Source: an uncultured Anaerolineaceae bacterium
GTDB lineage: Bacteria; Chloroflexota; Anaerolineae; Anaerolineales; Anaerolineaceae
DNA length: 64,000 bases
Assembly (NCBI GenBank): GCA_964447155.1
Contig: CAYURM010000012.1
Coordinates: 14,916 to 78,915 of the forward strand
Direction of reading: 5' to 3'
The translations under genes and the position numbers were made by a program. Positions within the stretch are counted from its first letter, which is position 1. The number at the start of each line of letters is the position of its first letter. Positions 53,348 through 63,232 of the stretch are shown in pieces. A model generated the notes under the pieces. That model saw only the letters and a list, made by a program, of their open reading frames with translations, did not search any database and was not told the DNA's origin.

Positions 53348-54844
53348 TTAAGCTAATTCTTCAATCCGGTAAACCACCTCGTTCACCCCGAACATCATCC
53401 CTAACAAAGGTGTCCAATACAGCGTCATGTAGATCGGGTGCAAAATGCCTACGAGGATAAACCCCGCAAAAGACAGGGTTATGCCCAAAACAATCGAACG
53501 CAAATGTTCATCCTTCACCTTGCGCCAACGATCCAACCCGCGCACAATGGCAAGGACCATCAACCACATAAACAGAAGGAACCCTGCCAAACCGGTTTTT
53601 ACTGCCAGCCACAGATGAGCGTTATGGGTATACCCGCGGCCATCAAAATACTCATCATCAATACCAAACACCATCGGACGGTATTCCGCTCCCAGCCCCA
53701 GCCCCAGCACAGGGTTCTTCTGGATCTGCTGGAAGCCGTATTGATATTCAAAGTCTCGCCAACGAATGGTGCTTGTTGTGGATCCCGCCTCATAAGATTC
53801 CGGCGAAACCAGCGTATCCACCCGGGCAATGGTCGCACTTGCCAGTTTCCCTGCTTTGGTGTTCGGCATGACCATTAACGGGATGGCAGCCAGGGGCAGT
53901 AAATACACAAAAATCAGAATCCATTTGAGCAATCGCTGCCGCATCTCCCCTCGAACAATGAGCACAGTTGCCAGAATAATCATCGCACTGACTGCCCAAT
54001 GCGTACGGTTAAAAGACATCACCATTGCCACACCAAACAAAGCCCACTGAACCAGTGAAGGGATGCGCTTCACTTTAATGCTCTTTGTCATCAAAAGCAC
54101 CGATTTCAAAATGAAAGCCAGGGTAATGATCCCCTCGCCGGATGTGTCGGTGATTCGGGTGACATCCCTGCTCACCGTACCGGCGGTTTCCAGCACTTCA
54201 ACCCGTCCGGACAGAAAGGCCACACTTGTACCCAACGTATATTGATAGATCATGGCCGCCGCAACGACCGTCGCCAGGAAGAAGAACCCCTTGATCAGAG
54301 TCTCCAACTGGCCTTTCTCGCGGATCAGGTTGGTCATCAAAAAGAAAAGCAGATAATACGAAACCACGCGTATCTCGGGGATATACGCTGCCGGTTCCAC
54401 TGTTTTGTTCACAATCGCAATGATCGTTGAACCAATTGCCCAGATGTAGAACAGGATCAGCGGTAGATCAAGCGGCGTGCGCACCAGGCGGAATGAACGA
54501 TCCACCAGCCAGCGTACCACCACCACCGCATATAAACCCAGCACAATCGGTTCCGTCACATACAACCGCCCCGGACCGAGATTGATCACCGGCATTTGCT
54601 CATCGGGCAAAATGGTGCACAGCGCAGCAATCACAGCCAGAATGGACAACTCCGGCCATTTGATCGCCACCAGCACAATCACAATCCCGGCAATCCCCAC
54701 CATCGTCCACAGCGGAGATAGCACCAGCGAAACAGCCCCCAGTGCCACCCCCGCTAAAACAGCCAGGATCAACTGAATCGTCTGGTCAAAACCCTTGCTT
54801 CTTGGCCTGGAAGTAATCGTTGTCACGTTAACCTCCCGGTACAA
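53348..54844 (-). CDS. O-antigen polymerase/ligase (Wzy_C-type) family membrane protein
   Basis: About 11-12 TM segments with a large loop (SFNRTHWAVSA...GYTHNAHLWLAV), typical of the O-antigen ligase-like family. Confidence 0.78.
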   Translation of the reverse strand: MYREVNVTTITSRPRSKGFDQTIQLILAVLAGVALGAVSLVLSPLWTMVGIAGIVIVLVAIKWPELSILAVIAALCTILPDEQMPVINLGPGRLYVTEPIVLGLYAVVVVRWLVDRSFRLVRTPLDLPLILFYIWAIGSTIIAIVNKTVEPAAYIPEIRVVSYYLLFFLMTNLIREKGQLETLIKGFFFLATVVAAAMIYQYTLGTSVAFLSGRVEVLETAGTVSRDVTRITDTSGEGIITLAFILKSVLLMTKSIKVKRIPSLVQWALFGVAMVMSFNRTHWAVSAMIILATVLIVRGEMRQRLLKWILIFVYLLPLAAIPLMVMPNTKAGKLASATIARVDTLVSPESYEAGSTTSTIRWRDFEYQYGFQQIQKNPVLGLGLGAEYRPMVFGIDDEYFDGRGYTHNAHLWLAVKTGLAGFLLFMWLMVLAIVRGLDRWRKVKDEHLRSIVLGITLSFAGFILVGILHPIYMTLYWTPLLGMMFGVNEVVYRIEELA

Positions 54845-54859
54845 ATCGTAAAGCGCCCA

Positions 54860-56170
54860 TTATTCCGTCGGCGCTGACTGGCGCTGCAATTTCAATAAAC
54901 GGGAGCTGGTGCCAAGCTCGGTACGATTGGTGATCACACCCAACAGCTTTGCCCCAACTCCGCGCAAATTGCGCATCGTATAATACATCGCCTCCCGGCG
55001 CACCCATCCATGCCGCACCACAACCATAACCGCATCCACTTTCGGCGCCAGCACAGCCGGGTCTGTAACCGATACAGAGGAAGGAGAATCCAGCAAGACC
55101 ACATCGAATTTCTCCTTAAGCTCCTCCAAAATTTTCGACATCGCCGGCGAATCAAGTAATTCAGTATTAAGAAATTCTTGACCTCCGCTGGTCACGACGC
55201 TCAACCGGGGATACGCAGTCTTCTGCAAGACATCCTGCAGCGCCGCTTTTCCAGCCAGTACATCGCTCAAGCCTTTATCGTTTTCCAGGCCAAACTTTTC
55301 GTGCATTTTTGATTCCCGCAAATCCGCGTCCACGATCACTACATTGCGGTTTCCCTGTGACATGATCACCCCCAGATTGGCGGTAATACTTGTCCGTCCA
55401 TCCTGACGAACCGGACTGGTCACCAGAAAGGTCTTGATCCCCTGATTCAACACCGGTGAAAAGATATTCGTGCGCAGCCGGCGGAAAGATTCAGCCTGAA
55501 GTTGGCTGTCTATCAAAAGGCCCTCGGCACCTCTGCGCTTGTCGTCAGGAATATCGCCAATCAGCGGCAGTTCTGTCAGCGCTTGAATTTCACGATCCGT
55601 GTACAGTCGCGTATCCAGACTCTCGAACAGAAACGCCAGCCCAACACCACCCAACAGCCCCGCAACCACACTTAGTGCAATCAAAAGCGCTGGTTTTGGA
55701 CTGGACGGTTTAGCGGGAATGACAGCCGGGTCAATCACATACAGTTTGGTATCCGAACCATAAATTTCGCGGCTTTGCACAATCAAAATCTCGGCCAGTT
55801 TGTTTGCCGCAAATTGTGCCAGAGCAGGGTCACTGCTTTCCGCTGACATTTTAATCAACTCGGTATTTGGAATCACTTCCACCGTAATTTTTGGAAGGGG
55901 AAACACATACGTTCCCAGCTCTTCCAGAATGGGTGAGCTTGTCGCGATGTCCACATACGTTCCGGCCAACCGTTCAGCATATTGAATTGCATAATCAACA
56001 TAATCTGTACCGCCTGCCCGTGCAGTCAGGATACGAATCGTTGTTGAGGCAGTGTACATAGGAGGCGAAGACAATGTTCCAACGGCAACTACCAAAACAG
56101 CAAACACCATCGTCAAAATAACGATCCATTTCCTGCGTAACAGGATATTCAAATAATTGATCAACTCCAT
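54860..56170 (-). CDS. Polysaccharide co-polymerase (Wzz domain) fused to a BY-kinase-like P-loop domain with atypical Walker A
   Basis: N-terminal Wzz motif LINYLNILLRRKWIVIL plus a second TM. C-terminal VTSPVRQDGRTSITANL (Walker A with Arg in place of Lys), VVIVDADLRE (A') and VVLLDSPS (B). Start at ATG 56170 (AGGAGGG SD). Confidence 0.85.
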   Translation of the reverse strand: MELINYLNILLRRKWIVILTMVFAVLVVAVGTLSSPPMYTASTTIRILTARAGGTDYVDYAIQYAERLAGTYVDIATSSPILEELGTYVFPLPKITVEVIPNTELIKMSAESSDPALAQFAANKLAEILIVQSREIYGSDTKLYVIDPAVIPAKPSSPKPALLIALSVVAGLLGGVGLAFLFESLDTRLYTDREIQALTELPLIGDIPDDKRRGAEGLLIDSQLQAESFRRLRTNIFSPVLNQGIKTFLVTSPVRQDGRTSITANLGVIMSQGNRNVVIVDADLRESKMHEKFGLENDKGLSDVLAGKAALQDVLQKTAYPRLSVVTSGGQEFLNTELLDSPAMSKILEELKEKFDVVLLDSPSSVSVTDPAVLAPKVDAVMVVVRHGWVRREAMYYTMRNLRGVGAKLLGVITNRTELGTSSRLLKLQRQSAPTE

Positions 56171-56227
56171 GCCAGTACCCTCCTTTGGGCTAAAGCCCAC
56201 AACAAAAAAAACCGAAATTACCAATAT

Positions 56228-57346
56228 TTACAAAAAATCTTTGACCGCCTCTGTTACATATTCGACCATCTCAGTGGTCAACTCTGCGTACATCGGCAAG
56301 GATACAATATGATCTGCATACCCTTCCGTCACCGGGAAATCACCTCTCCCATATCCCAGGAACTGATAGGCAGGCTGCATGTGGATTGGAATTGGATAAT
56401 GAATCCCTGAGTCAATATGGCGTTCCTTCAAAAACGCCTGGAACCCGTCCCTGTCCTGCACACGGATCACAAACAGGTGCCAGACCGGCTCGCTGTAATC
56501 CGGAACCATCGGCGGATGCACGCCCAGCCCTGCCAGCAAGCGGGTGTACGCCACTGCATGCTGGCGCCGGGCTGCATTCCAGTCGTCCAGATAGCGCAGC
56601 TTGACCCGCAAAACCGCCGCCTGAATAGAATCCAGCCTGTGGTTATACCCGATTTCCTCGTGATGGTATTTCACCCGCTGACCATAATTGCGCAGCAAAC
56701 GCAGTTTGTCATCCACAGCGACATCATTCGTCACAACTGCACCGCCATCGCCATAAGCCCCTAAATTCTTGCCAGGGTAAAAACTAAAAGCCGCGGCATT
56801 TCCAAAGCCGCCCACCCGTTTGCCCTTATAGCGCGCACCATGTGCCTGGGCCGCATCCTCAATCACGATCAGGTTATGCCGTTTGGCAATCTCCAGAATG
56901 GGATCCATATCTGCCGGCTGTCCATATAGATGCACCGGCATGATCACCTTTGTTTTATCTGTGATCGCCGCCTCAATTTGTGCCACGTCAATCGTATACG
57001 TTTCAGGATGCTGATCCACCAGGATCGGCGTAGCACCCAGTTGAGTGATCGGCAGCACCGTGGCAATAAACGTATTGGCCGGGGCAATCACCTCATCCCC
57101 TGGACCAATATCAAAGGCGCGCAGCGCCAGTTCAATCGCTGACGTGCCCGAATCGACACTCACTGTATAGTTCACATCACAAAACCTGGCAAATTCTTCT
57201 TCAAATTTCTGCACTTCCGGCCCAAGAATAAAAGCGCAGCTATCCACCACCCTTTGCATAGCGGGCTTCACCTCTGCGGCAATTTGCTGGTATTGCGCCT
57301 GAAGATCCACAAATGGAATTTTGGAAAATGATTTCGAAGCAGACAT
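56228..57346 (-). CDS. DegT/DnrJ/EryC1/StrS-family sugar aminotransferase
   Basis: [13 protein letters not shown]...[15 protein letters not shown]...[16 protein letters not shown], typical of the family. Confidence 0.92.
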   Translation of the reverse strand: MSASKSFSKIPFVDLQAQYQQIAAEVKPAMQRVVDSCAFILGPEVQKFEEEFARFCDVNYTVSVDSGTSAIELALRAFDIGPGDEVIAPANTFIATVLPITQLGATPILVDQHPETYTIDVAQIEAAITDKTKVIMPVHLYGQPADMDPILEIAKRHNLIVIEDAAQAHGARYKGKRVGGFGNAAAFSFYPGKNLGAYGDGGAVVTNDVAVDDKLRLLRNYGQRVKYHHEEIGYNHRLDSIQAAVLRVKLRYLDDWNAARRQHAVAYTRLLAGLGVHPPMVPDYSEPVWHLFVIRVQDRDGFQAFLKERHIDSGIHYPIPIHMQPAYQFLGYGRGDFPVTEGYADHIVSLPMYAELTTEMVEYVTEAVKDFL

Positions 57347-57360
57347 CGTGTCTTTCCTTA

Positions 57361-58383
57361 TTAGTATTTCAGATAAACTGGCGCGCCGTTGTTTCGCACA
57401 GATTCGTTAACCGCTTCCATGACCTTAACCACAACCATGCCGCTCATGCCGTCACTGCGCGGCTGCTTACCAGTCTGCTTGCACTCAATGAAATGCAAAA
57501 CTTCATTTTTTAGAGGTTCTTCAAATGGGATCTTGGGGCTGATCACATCCCCGTCACGGATCATCAACTGATATTCGCCAAAATCCGAGTACGCCGTAGC
57601 AGATGCCGCCACGCCTTTTTCAAACACGCGCACTTTTTCATCCGGCGAAGTGTCATTAAAGCTGATCCGCTGCTTCGAACCCACCACAACCACCTCGCGT
57701 ACCTTATGCGGATCCGCCCAACTCACATGAATATTGCACACCGTACCATTCTCATATCCCAGCACAATGAACCCCGCATCTTCCACGTGCCCCCGTAAAA
57801 ATCGCGTGCCCACTGCACTCACCCACACCGGGTTAGCATCCATCAAATGATTAAAGATCGATACATCATGCGGGGCCAGGTCCCACAAAGCATTCACATC
57901 TTCGCGGATCGGCCCCAGATTCGTGCGCTGCGCGTACATATAATGCATCTCGCCCAGATCACCACTCTCAATATAGGACTTCACCTTGTCCACCGCAGGA
58001 TGATACAGGAAAATATGCCCGACCATTAGCGTGAGTTTTTTTTCTTTTGCGATTTTAACCAATTCACCTGAAGTAGCGGCAGTCAGGGTCATTGGTTTTT
58101 CAACCAGCACATGCTTGCCTGCCATCAACAACTGCTTCGCAACCTCAAAATGCGAAGCAGGATTGGTGCAAACCACTACTGCCTCAATTTCTTTATCTGC
58201 CAAAATGGGTGCAATCTCTTGGTATAAAGCTGCTTTAGGAAACCGCTGGCTGATTACGTCCAGACGGTCTTGAGCCTGATCGCACACAGCGATCAATTCC
58301 GTTTCAGGCATTTGGGATAATAGCCTGACATAATTCATCCCCCAATATCCACTTCCAATAACCGCAAACCCCTCTTTTTTCAT
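57361..58383 (-). CDS. Gfo/Idh/MocA-family NAD(P)-dependent sugar oxidoreductase
   Basis: [14 protein letters not shown] Rossmann motif and an EKPM motif. Lies adjacent to the DegT aminotransferase. Confidence 0.9.
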   Translation of the reverse strand: MKKEGFAVIGSGYWGMNYVRLLSQMPETELIAVCDQAQDRLDVISQRFPKAALYQEIAPILADKEIEAVVVCTNPASHFEVAKQLLMAGKHVLVEKPMTLTAATSGELVKIAKEKKLTLMVGHIFLYHPAVDKVKSYIESGDLGEMHYMYAQRTNLGPIREDVNALWDLAPHDVSIFNHLMDANPVWVSAVGTRFLRGHVEDAGFIVLGYENGTVCNIHVSWADPHKVREVVVVGSKQRISFNDTSPDEKVRVFEKGVAASATAYSDFGEYQLMIRDGDVISPKIPFEEPLKNEVLHFIECKQTGKQPRSDGMSGMVVVKVMEAVNESVRNNGAPVYLKY

Positions 58384-58854
58384 AAATCCCCATCGCTCCT
58401 TTGATCAACTTTCGACCTTGATGATTTTTTCCCTGAGGCATGAGACAACAACCGGGAGAAAATTAATTTTCGTGATCGGTTTTTATTTTGTTTCACCAAC
58501 CCTTTCCAGGAGCGCATACCCGTTACATCCAATTTTCCATGTGCTTCAAAAGGAGCTTCAATACATTAATCTTGAATTAATTATACTACAAACATTATTA
58601 ATACACAAATTATCCGAATTACAAATTACAGGGATGCGCTAACAGTTTACAAAAAATCACCCCCCTATGTTATCGTGAAGGGGCTGCTTTGCGGCTCCAC
58701 CGGGTGAACCCCGCTTCATAATGACAAAACCAGTGTGATGCCGCATCTTTTAACTGCTCCCAACGCTCCGTTTATACGGTACGATTAATTCGGCGTAAAA
58801 TGGTCATAATATTACATCTTTTTAGTGTACAATAAACAATGAGGAAGGGTTGAG

Positions 58855-59787
58855 ATGGTCAAAAAACATTATTGGTATACGGTTATTTTAGCAGCAGCGA
58901 TACTCACTTTGTCAGCTTGCGTTGCCAACGCTGATAACATTGTGCCAATTTTTGAGAACTCACAAACCATGTCCGCTTCCACTGAAAATACATCCCTGCC
59001 TGTAGAATCAGAAGAGGCTGCCCTGCTGCCAGGTGATATGTCTTCTCCAACTCCACCGGAGGAAGAAGAAGAACCACTACCTGCTTCTGCCGTCGTCTGG
59101 AAAGCCACCCATGAAACCGGCGACCTCAGTGAATGGCAGCAGCACGGGGATTTCATCAATCAGGGACAAAGCGCCTACTACAGCATGGTTACACCCTTTG
59201 CCCATTCAGGAAAATATTCCGTTGCCCTGACCATTGACACACAAGGACGTTCCAGCAGTGGCAGTTATGCCGCTTACCTCTTCTTTTGGGACCAACTTCC
59301 CGGAGATGCTTACTACTACTCTGCGTGGTATTACATTCCCGCCGGAATACGGCCTCAGGAATGGTGGAATATCTGGCAGTGGAAATCCACCTACAATGGC
59401 AACACCGATGATAGTGTTCCCATGTACATTCTCGACGTTCTGGAACAGCCCAATGAAAAACTGGCACTGCATCTCGTCTACCGCCCGGATATCAACCAAA
59501 AGATCGATTACCGCCAAAATAAAATCACCGTCCCCACCGATCAATGGTTTCAGATTGAAGCCTATTACAAAAAAGCGGTAGATAAAACCGGTCAGGTCAT
59601 TGTCTGGCAGGACGGGGAAGAAATCTTCAACCTGTCTGATGTGCAGACCACCGAGCAGGACAACACCGTTTACTGGAGCGTGAACCACTACACCGACGAT
59701 ATCCTTCCTAACCCCTCATCCATCTATATTGATGATGCGGTCATTTCAACAGAAAGGATTGGACCAGACATTACCCTGCCTTATTGA
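58855..59787 (+). CDS. Secreted lipoprotein with concanavalin-like / polysaccharide-lyase-like jelly-roll domain
   Basis: Signal peptide plus lipobox ILTLSAC, an acidic PTPPEEEEEP linker, then HSGKYSVALTID...YYSAWYYIP...WNIWQWKS...VIVWQDGEEIF...IYIDDAVIS. The family call is tentative. Confidence 0.65.
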   Translation: MVKKHYWYTVILAAAILTLSACVANADNIVPIFENSQTMSASTENTSLPVESEEAALLPGDMSSPTPPEEEEEPLPASAVVWKATHETGDLSEWQQHGDFINQGQSAYYSMVTPFAHSGKYSVALTIDTQGRSSSGSYAAYLFFWDQLPGDAYYYSAWYYIPAGIRPQEWWNIWQWKSTYNGNTDDSVPMYILDVLEQPNEKLALHLVYRPDINQKIDYRQNKITVPTDQWFQIEAYYKKAVDKTGQVIVWQDGEEIFNLSDVQTTEQDNTVYWSVNHYTDDILPNPSSIYIDDAVISTERIGPDITLPY

Positions 59788-59810
59788 ACAGGCATGAACA
59801 AGGAAACCTC

Positions 59811-60515
59811 ATGGCAAAAATGGAAAAAATTACCCCTGAAAGGCTCGCCGCCCATGGCGTGCAATCCGATATTGTTACCATCGCAAAAGCACGCAAATTC
59901 AACCGTTCCTGGCAAAAACGTGCTTTCGATCTTTTGCTGACCATCCCCGGCACGATCCTCATTTCCCCACTGCTGGCGCTGGTGGCAGTCGCCATCCGTC
60001 TGGATTCTCCCGGCCCGGCAATTTACAAACAAAAACGCGTCGGGCTGGATGGCAAGGTTTTTGAGATCTACAAATTCCGCTCCATGGTTTCCAACGCCGA
60101 CGAAGACCTGCACAAAAAACAAATTGAAGCCTATGCCAATGGCGATCTGGATGGCGAAGATACCTATAAACTGAAGGTTGATCCGCGTATCACCCGCATG
60201 GGAAAATTCATCCGCAGCACCAGTATTGACGAACTGCCCCAGGTTTTCAACGTACTCCGGGGAGAAATGAGCCTGGTTGGCCCGCGCCCGGTTCCCGTTT
60301 ACGAAGCCGACCAATACAATCTCTGGCACGGTGAACGCCTGACCACCCTGCCTGGCATCACCGGTCTGTGGCAGGTCAGCGAACGCAGTTCCGCATCCTT
60401 TGATCACCAGCTTCGCCTGGACATTCGCTATATCCGTAACCAGTCATTGAAATTAAATATACAAATCCTGCTGGATACCCTTCCCGCAGTATTTTCTGAA
60501 AAAGGGGCCGGATAA
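59811..60515 (+). CDS. Polyprenyl-phosphate sugar-1-phosphate transferase (bacterial sugar transferase family, small type)
   Basis: [57 protein letters not shown]...[21 protein letters not shown]. Start at ATG 59811 (AAGGAAA SD); the track start 59784 is TTG. Confidence 0.9.
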   Translation: MAKMEKITPERLAAHGVQSDIVTIAKARKFNRSWQKRAFDLLLTIPGTILISPLLALVAVAIRLDSPGPAIYKQKRVGLDGKVFEIYKFRSMVSNADEDLHKKQIEAYANGDLDGEDTYKLKVDPRITRMGKFIRSTSIDELPQVFNVLRGEMSLVGPRPVPVYEADQYNLWHGERLTTLPGITGLWQVSERSSASFDHQLRLDIRYIRNQSLKLNIQILLDTLPAVFSEKGAG

Positions 60516-60518
60516 ACA

Positions 60519-62009
60519 ATGGAGCCTAAGCCAACCGGCTCAACGTTTTCCAGATTCTTTTCAGGAACGCTTTCGACGGGCATCGGAAGCGTTTTCACGA
60601 TTATATCCGGCTTTATTGGCGTCATGCTCATGGCGCGCTGGGTACCCGCTGAAGAGATCGGAGTCTTCGTCCTGGTGCAATTGATCGTCACCTTTATGAT
60701 CGGTCTCACGGATTTTGGCCTGGGGCTGACCGTCACCCAGTTGATCTCGCAAAAAGAGAATGCCGCAGAAAAACATCTCATTCTCAATACGTCGATCATC
60801 TTCCGCGTCGCCGCTGCCGTGGTTGGCTCGGTGCTGGCGCTGGTGGGCCGGCAGGTCTTGTTTGACTTCTTTGGCGCTTCCCTTTACACCAACCTGCTCA
60901 TCTACATCCCCATCCTGATTCTCATCGAAAGCCTCATCCAGCTCTATCAATCCGTGCTGGAGGGGCTTTTCAAGTTCAAAGCCATTGCCCTGGTCAGTTT
61001 CATTGTCAGTATTACCAATTTTTTGGCTCTGCTCGTCCTGGTTGGCTATTTCAAAATGGGAATCACCGGGTTGATCTTCGTGCGCCTCATTTCGCGCACG
61101 GTTGGCCTGCTGGCATCCTTTATCACAGCAAAATTTCCCTTCCACTTTCAATTCAGTTTTGCCAAACTCAAACAAATGCTGCGTTTTGGCCTGCCCCTGT
61201 ATGCCAACTACATCCTCGATTTCATCTTCAACCAGGCCGGCACCTTCATTATTGGTGCATTGCTTGGCCCCGCCCAGATCGCTTTTTTTGAGTATGCCCG
61301 CAAGATCCCCGACAGCCTGGAGATGCTCTACGGCGCTTTCCGCCAGGTATACTTCCCCTTCCTCTCCAAATTGTTTGGGGACGGAAAAAAGAAAGAAGCC
61401 TCCGGCATGCTCAATCACTCCGTCCGCTTGATTGCTTTCTTCGGCGTGCTCGGCACCCTCATCGCGTACTTCTTCGGTGAACAAATCATCGTCACTTTCT
61501 TCTCCGCTGAATTTCTGCCCAGCTCACTGGTCTTCTATATCCTCATGATCAACCTCACCCTCAGGATCATTGACGAGACCCTGGGCTATTCCCTCGTCGC
61601 TGTCGGCGAATCCAACAAACCAGCCTTGATCAACTTCGTGAGAGCCATCATCACCCTGGGCGCCTATGCGCTGCTCATCCCCATCCCTGCGCTGGGCATC
61701 ATCGGTGCCGCCCTCTCCACCATCATCGGCACCATCGTTGCCAACCCGCTCAACATCTACTTCCTGCGGCGCAAGCAGGTGCAGGCAAAATTCAGCACTT
61801 TCCTGAAACCCTTTGCCATTTTCTTCGCCCTTTATCTGCCCGCGCGCTTCCTGCTCCCCCAAATGAACTGGCTGTTGAAAATCGCTGCCATCCTGATCTA
61901 CTTCCTCCTCTCTTTTGCGCTCTCTGTTTTCACAAAAGAGGATATCCAGGCCATCTCACAGGAAATCACCATCCTGTTCCAAAAACGATTCCAGGCAAAA
62001 GGCGCCTGA
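60519..62009 (+). CDS. Wzx-type polysaccharide flippase (MOP superfamily)
   Basis: 496 aa with about 12-14 TM segments. Typical position and composition of polysaccharide biosynthesis (Wzx) proteins. Confidence 0.82.
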   Translation: MEPKPTGSTFSRFFSGTLSTGIGSVFTIISGFIGVMLMARWVPAEEIGVFVLVQLIVTFMIGLTDFGLGLTVTQLISQKENAAEKHLILNTSIIFRVAAAVVGSVLALVGRQVLFDFFGASLYTNLLIYIPILILIESLIQLYQSVLEGLFKFKAIALVSFIVSITNFLALLVLVGYFKMGITGLIFVRLISRTVGLLASFITAKFPFHFQFSFAKLKQMLRFGLPLYANYILDFIFNQAGTFIIGALLGPAQIAFFEYARKIPDSLEMLYGAFRQVYFPFLSKLFGDGKKKEASGMLNHSVRLIAFFGVLGTLIAYFFGEQIIVTFFSAEFLPSSLVFYILMINLTLRIIDETLGYSLVAVGESNKPALINFVRAIITLGAYALLIPIPALGIIGAALSTIIGTIVANPLNIYFLRRKQVQAKFSTFLKPFAIFFALYLPARFLLPQMNWLLKIAAILIYFLLSFALSVFTKEDIQAISQEITILFQKRFQAKGA

Positions 62010-62032
62010 CCACCGAAAGAAGGAAAACTTCC

Positions 62033-63232
62033 ATGCGTTTCCTGATGATCACCAATACCCTTCCTTACCCGCCCATCGCCGGACTTCCCATTCGCAATAT
62101 TAACCTGCTCCAGCGCATTGCCCGGCACCATAACGTCTGGCTGCTGGTCATGGTCGCTGAAAACGAACGCAATGCAGACCTCGGCCCACTGGCAGACTTC
62201 TGCGAAGAAGTCATCCTCGTCCCCACAGATGACCCCGGCGCCCTTGCCCGCCCCATGCAGGCACTCAAATTCCTGCTGGCAGGCACGCCCCCTGAACTTC
62301 GGCTATACGAAACCAAAGAAATGATCTCCGCCTTGCGCGATCTCACCAGCAGAGTAGATTTCGACATCATCCAGTTTGAAGATTCCTTCATGGCCCACTA
62401 CCAGGAATACCTGCCTGCGGACTGGTCTGGCAAGAAGGTGCTCACCTTCATTGACATCGCCTACCGTCAATACGACCGCATTTATCGTATCGAAAGTAAA
62501 CTGGCGCGCAAACTGCGCCTGTGGCTTTACAGCCGCATGATGTACATCTGGGAACCCCGCTACGCCGGCCATTTCGATCTCAACGTCACCATGTCGGATA
62601 TGGACCGCGATCTGCTCCTCTCCAGAAACAGCCACCTCCATATCAAGACTGTTCCCAATGGCGTCGACACCCGCGAATTTCAACCCCTGCCCATGCCGGC
62701 AGAGCATAACAAAAAACTGATCTACGTCGGCAACATGGGCTATCGCCCCAATGTAGACGCCGTCACCTTTTTCTGTGAAGACATCCTGCCCCTCATCCGC
62801 GCCGAGGTACCCGATGTCGAATTTTGGATTGTCGGTAATTCTCCCCCGCCCGAAGTAGAAACCCTGGCGAATGACCATGTCCACGTCACTGGCCGCGTGG
62901 AAGATGTCCGCCCATACTATCAAGACAGTACCGTATGTGTCATCCCCTTGCGGGCTGGCGGCGGCACCCGCCTGAAAATTCTCGAATCAATGGCCCTCGG
63001 CCGCCCCGTCGTCTCCACTTCCATCGGAGCGGAAGGCATCGACATCACGGATGGCGAGAACATCCTCCTCGGTGATGACCCGCACACGTTCGCCAATCAA
63101 ACCATCCTCCTCTTGCAGGATAAAGGCAAGCGCCAGACCATCCGCGATCAGGCGCGTCAATTCGTGGTTGACCATTACGATTGGGACTCGATCACTACTC
63201 GTCTTTTGAAAGCTTTTGAAGAGCTGAACTGA
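62033..63232 (+). CDS. Glycosyltransferase family 4 (GT-B fold)
   Basis: C-terminal GGTRLKILESMALGRPVVST...E motif region typical of GT4. Confidence 0.9.
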   Translation: MRFLMITNTLPYPPIAGLPIRNINLLQRIARHHNVWLLVMVAENERNADLGPLADFCEEVILVPTDDPGALARPMQALKFLLAGTPPELRLYETKEMISALRDLTSRVDFDIIQFEDSFMAHYQEYLPADWSGKKVLTFIDIAYRQYDRIYRIESKLARKLRLWLYSRMMYIWEPRYAGHFDLNVTMSDMDRDLLLSRNSHLHIKTVPNGVDTREFQPLPMPAEHNKKLIYVGNMGYRPNVDAVTFFCEDILPLIRAEVPDVEFWIVGNSPPPEVETLANDHVHVTGRVEDVRPYYQDSTVCVIPLRAGGGTRLKILESMALGRPVVSTSIGAEGIDITDGENILLGDDPHTFANQTILLLQDKGKRQTIRDQARQFVVDHYDWDSITTRLLKAFEELN

